IMG/VR virus record: IMGVR_UViG_3300004369_000028
Span: 1-47,424 of that record
Reading direction: 5' to 3' (one strand)
Origin: a virus
DNA length: 47,424 nucleotides
The first letter of the stretch is position 1, and every line of letters starts with the position of its first letter. The translations under genes were made by a program, and so were the position numbers. Shown one piece after another: positions 44,556 to 47,424 of the stretch. The notes beneath the pieces were generated by a model. That model was not told the DNA's origin. It saw only the letters and a list, made by a program, of their open reading frames with translations, and ran no database searches.

Positions 44556-44914
44556 CTATTGTCTCCATTTCCACTGAGGACCCCTCGTCTTTTTCTGTCG
44601 TTTAGTTTTGCTAAGTTTTTAGCAGCTATATCAGACAGGCTTACATTCATATCTCTACACAATGCAGCAATATACCACAAGCAGTCTCCTATTTCATCCG
44701 AAATGGCTTCACGATCAAAATGACCATCACGAAGTATTTTTTTTACTTTGTTGGCAACCTCTCCAGCTTCTGCTGCTAACCCCAAGGCTGGATATATAAC
44801 TTGGTGATCATGCTTGTATATAGCTGTTCGTGCTGCTGCCTTTTGATATACGTTAAACTCCATCTCTGTGTCGTTGTAGTATTTAAAAGCATCTATATCG
44901 TCTTGGCTTATCAA
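44552..44914 (-). CDS. mazG: MazG-like nucleotide pyrophosphohydrolase
   Basis: 120 aa with LGLAAEAGEVANKVKKILRD...EIGDCLWYIAAL. Confidence 0.8.
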   Translation of the reverse strand: MISQDDIDAFKYYNDTEMEFNVYQKAAARTAIYKHDHQVIYPALGLAAEAGEVANKVKKILRDGHFDREAISDEIGDCLWYIAALCRDMNVSLSDIAAKNLAKLNDRKRRGVLSGNGDNR

Positions 44915-45111
44915 TGTAGTATAATCCCCTCTTCGTCCATTCCAATATCACAACAAGTGTATTGGGCAAGAGCCACTGCTTCTTCTGATGATAAACTACT
45001 GTCATTCATTGCTCTACCTACAAGTAAGTATTTTGCCATTCTTTTCAAGGTATCCAGATCATCCTCTAACTCAATCTTATCGTACACTTCTATATAATCA
45101 CTAAGTCCCAT
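44911..45111 (-). CDS. hypothetical small acidic protein
   Basis: 66-aa track ORF. Confidence 0.45.
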   Translation of the reverse strand: MGLSDYIEVYDKIELEDDLDTLKRMAKYLLVGRAMNDSSLSSEEAVALAQYTCCDIGMDEEGIILH

Positions 45112-45517
45112 CTAACCATTCCTTTGGTATAGACTTATCTGCATACATGAACCCATGTTTATCACACCATTGTCCGTAAGTTGATTTTGCACCTTTGTAC
45201 AACTTTGCATTAGAGTTTTGGAATACGAATCGTATGTCAAGGTTAGGGTGTTGTTTCTGTATCAGCAAGTGTTTCTTTCTGTCTGCTGTATTAAACCTGC
45301 CCTTTGTCTCAACTATAACGTCATTAGATAACACAAAATCTGGTGTATATTTACGTTGCTCAATTATATCGTAAGATATTCTTATTGCCTCATACCCGTA
45401 ACTAACACCTGATTCCTCTAATTCCTTCGACACCCTTTCCTCTAATCCAGAACGATAACCATGCTTTATCGCATGTCTGGTGGTTGCCATATCTCTCCCT
45501 CGTAACGTCTTAGCCAT
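45101..45517 (-). CDS. endonuclease I (T7 gp3-like Holliday junction resolvase)
   Basis: RSGLEERVSKELE...YTPDFVL...VETKGRF...DRKKHLLIQKQHPNLDIRFVF...KLYKGAKSTYGQWCDKHGF tracks T7 endonuclease I closely. The start may be MATTRH at 45490. Confidence 0.85.
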   Translation of the reverse strand: MAKTLRGRDMATTRHAIKHGYRSGLEERVSKELEESGVSYGYEAIRISYDIIEQRKYTPDFVLSNDVIVETKGRFNTADRKKHLLIQKQHPNLDIRFVFQNSNAKLYKGAKSTYGQWCDKHGFMYADKSIPKEWLDGT

Positions 45518-46173
45518 AACAGTTTAGCATTCTCTATTGCACGGTCTGCGTCACCGTCATAGGCTTTTAACACTGCTTCCCACAGGTCATCTTCTTCACT
45601 AACATCCTGTAGTATTTTCTCTGCCTTTTTTGGTCCTATACCTTGTAGACCGACAATGTTGTCTGCTGCATCACCTGTCAAAACTTGAGTATAAAAGAAC
45701 TTAATTCCCTCTTCGGGGGTAACCTTAGTCATAGTTCCTTTTACGGGGTTGTGGTGCCAGCATGGGACCTGCATCATGTCTTTGTCAACAGAAACAATTG
45801 TACAGTTGTAACCTAACTGTGTTGCTTCTATTGCAAGGCAATCATCTGCTTCTTGTTCCACACTGACCTTTGCGCCCCACTCTTCTACCATATAATCACG
45901 TATATACTGTAAGTGAACAGGCTTGTCTTTTGATTTCCTGTTCCCTTTGTATACATGTGTTTTTGCTATGTCATGTCTAAACTGGTAGCCACTACATGTT
46001 AAATAGATTTGGTAGTCACCTACATCCCAAGGCCAACCTACTACAGCTTCAATAGATGTTTGAAGTATAGTATCAGTTAGAACCCTAGAATCTTTTTGGG
46101 TTTCATCATTAGTGGCAAAAGCAGCACGATAGGCGAATACATCTCCATCTATCAGTGCTTTTCCGTAATCCAT
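45466..46173 (-). CDS. 5'-3' exonuclease / flap endonuclease (T7 gp6-like)
   Basis: 235 aa with LIDGDVFAYRAAF, SVDKDMMQ and an H3TH motif (VLTGDAADNIVGLQGIGPKKAEKIL). Confidence 0.85.
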   Translation of the reverse strand: MDYGKALIDGDVFAYRAAFATNDETQKDSRVLTDTILQTSIEAVVGWPWDVGDYQIYLTCSGYQFRHDIAKTHVYKGNRKSKDKPVHLQYIRDYMVEEWGAKVSVEQEADDCLAIEATQLGYNCTIVSVDKDMMQVPCWHHNPVKGTMTKVTPEEGIKFFYTQVLTGDAADNIVGLQGIGPKKAEKILQDVSEEDDLWEAVLKAYDGDADRAIENAKLLWLRRYEGEIWQPPDMR

Positions 46174-46373
46174 TAGAAACCAGACCAGACTATCTCACCA
46201 CTGTCTTTGTGTGCTCCAATAGAAGTGATGTAAGTGTACCCAGATGCAATACCTGCGTCTTGGTAGAAGTATAACAGGTCCTCTAAGTTGTCTACATTTT
46301 CACGGGACAGGCTGACGGTACCTTCCATACCGTCTTCCTCTTTGTCCATTGTAAAGAAAATCTCTACTTGCAT
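46173..46373 (-). CDS. hypothetical small protein
   Basis: 66-aa track ORF with start/stop overlaps to both neighbours. Confidence 0.45.
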   Translation of the reverse strand: MQVEIFFTMDKEEDGMEGTVSLSRENVDNLEDLLYFYQDAGIASGYTYITSIGAHKDSGEIVWSGF

Positions 46374-46918
46374 TATGCCACCTGAAAGATCAAGTCATCT
46401 TCTGATGGTTCGTTTGTGCGTTCCACCAACTCAGTAACTGCGACACCATTTAGACGAAGACCATTACCATCTGCATAAGTCTCGAATTGTACTTTGGCTT
46501 TTGTACCGTTTCCAAGTTCTCCGTGTTCATTAAAATCCCACTTAGATACATTGTCACGCCCTTGGCGAAGGTCTACAACCTTTACAGGTCCACCAAGATT
46601 TGCGTTAGTTCCCGTCAGTGGGTCTTTCCATTCACGAATGTCATCACGTACCTGACGTTTAATCTTCATGTATTTTCCAATACCGAAGTCAGCATTTCCT
46701 TCTTGGATACGTGCATTACCCATCACTGTAGCCTTGAACCCATCAATCATAAGACGGTCAATCTGTTCTTGGTTAGTGAAGTAAGCATTTACTACATACT
46801 GACCACCTTTGTCAGCAATAGCTTTCTGCCACTGTGGGCCATCGGGATTGCCCATGTCTGCATTTTCTGGGAATACTTTTGCATATTCCAAAACCATGTC
46901 GAGTGTGTAACGTGCCAT
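46373..46918 (-). CDS. single-stranded DNA-binding protein (T7 gp2.5-like)
   Basis: 181 aa. GNGTKAKVQFETY...LRLNGVAVTELVE resembles gp2.5, and the C-terminus is an acidic/aromatic tail (EPSEDDLIF). AAGGAGA is the RBS. Confidence 0.6.
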   Translation of the reverse strand: MARYTLDMVLEYAKVFPENADMGNPDGPQWQKAIADKGGQYVVNAYFTNQEQIDRLMIDGFKATVMGNARIQEGNADFGIGKYMKIKRQVRDDIREWKDPLTGTNANLGGPVKVVDLRQGRDNVSKWDFNEHGELGNGTKAKVQFETYADGNGLRLNGVAVTELVERTNEPSEDDLIFQVA

Positions 46919-46949
46919 GTGGCTCTCCTTTTCTTACACTGGTAAATAT

Positions 46950-46978
46950 ATATGGTACATTTTTTCAGCTTTGTCCAC
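46950..46978 (-). promoter_or_regulatory. promoter-like element GTGGACA-N13-GTACCATAT (copy B)
   Basis: The minus strand reads GTGGACA AAGCTGAAAAAAT GTACCATAT, 32 nt upstream of the SSB ATG. Confidence 0.55.
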
Positions 46979-46983
46979 AAAAT

Positions 46984-47424
46984 TTAGTGGATTTCTGCAT
47001 AAGTCTTTCCGAATTGTACATCAATGCCAAGTGGTACATTGAGTTGTAGTTCTTGATTTACATTGTCGATAGCCATGTTCATAACATTCTCTACTTTATC
47101 CTCGTCGCCCTCTTCTGTTAGTACGATAACTTCATCATGGAACTGACCTATAGTCTGTAGGCCCATACCACGACACTGCATAACCCAATTGTCAAAACAG
47201 TATACACCTGTTGATTGGTTCAGGGTGCTAAACCTGTCCTTGTCACTTCGCAAAGAATACCAGAAACCAGACACAGGATTATAAAGCCATTTATAGCCAA
47301 ATAACTCTCTTGTACGTGCATCTTTGCTTACCTTCTCAATAGACCAGTTACGTGACCAGAATGCGTCTAGCAGGGCCTGTGCTTTGTCTACAGTCATACC
47401 AGAGTTACGTGATAGGGTCTGACT
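46984..47424 (-). CDS. DNA polymerase family A, C-terminal part (same gene as 1..1491)
   Basis: Track ORF 46984..47397 (...QFHDEVIV...GKTYAEIH) contains motif C and the C-terminus. Positions 47326..47424 duplicate 1..99. Confidence 0.9.
   Translation of the reverse strand, partial: SQTLSRNSGMTVDKAQALLDAFWSRNWSIEKVSKDARTRELFGYKWLYNPVSGFWYSLRSDKDRFSTLNQSTGVYCFDNWVMQCRGMGLQTIGQFHDEVIVLTEEGDEDKVENVMNMAIDNVNQELQLNVPLGIDVQFGKTYAEIH
47326..47424. repeat. exact 99-bp duplicate of 1..99 (circular closure overlap)
   Basis: Base-by-base comparison of both ends: GCTTACCTTCTCAATAGACC...GATAGGGTCTGACT. Confidence 0.95.

Overview
The window is a complete, circularly closed genome of about 47.3 kb from a tailed dsDNA phage. 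The window ends overlap by an exact 99 bp (1..99 = 47326..47424). The overlap lies inside the DNA polymerase gene and restores its reading frame.

Layout:
- Minus-strand replication and nucleotide-metabolism arm (40126..47325, continuing 1..7184). It carries a T7-like family A DNA polymerase, gp4-like primase-helicase, gp2.5-like SSB, gp6-like 5'-3' exonuclease, endonuclease I, class II-type RNR plus glutaredoxin, ThyX, MazG, PhoH, a DUF1127 peptide, a SleB-like hydrolase and a sigma-70-family protein. I saw no phage RNA polymerase, integrase, repressor module or tRNA.
- Plus-strand arm (8175..40068). It carries small regulatory genes, terS/terL, portal, XkdF-type prohead protease, scaffold, decoration protein and a lambda-E-like capsid protein. 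It also has a siphovirus-type tail (tube, G/GT chaperone with a -1 frameshift, 777-aa tape measure, 1339-aa J-like tip protein) and an M15 endolysin lysis cassette.
- A non-coding hub of about 1 kb (7185..8174) separates the arms and is packed with at least four repeat families.
- A 29-bp promoter-like element (GTGGACA-N13-GTACCATAT) occurs three times.

Most unusual feature: a block of about 10.5 kb sits between the portal and protease genes.
- It encodes fibre-like proteins, including one with about 126 uninterrupted G-X-Y collagen triplets whose 30 lysines all occupy the Y position.
- Directly downstream is a co-oriented enzyme cassette: GT8 glycosyltransferase, P4H-type 2OG-Fe(II) oxygenase, FkbM methyltransferase, and a 608-aa fusion of GT25, LH3-like glycosyltransferase and lysyl-hydroxylase-like domains.
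- I read this as a phage-encoded collagen hydroxylation and glycosylation system.

All functional calls rest on motifs I recognised by eye. No database search was run.
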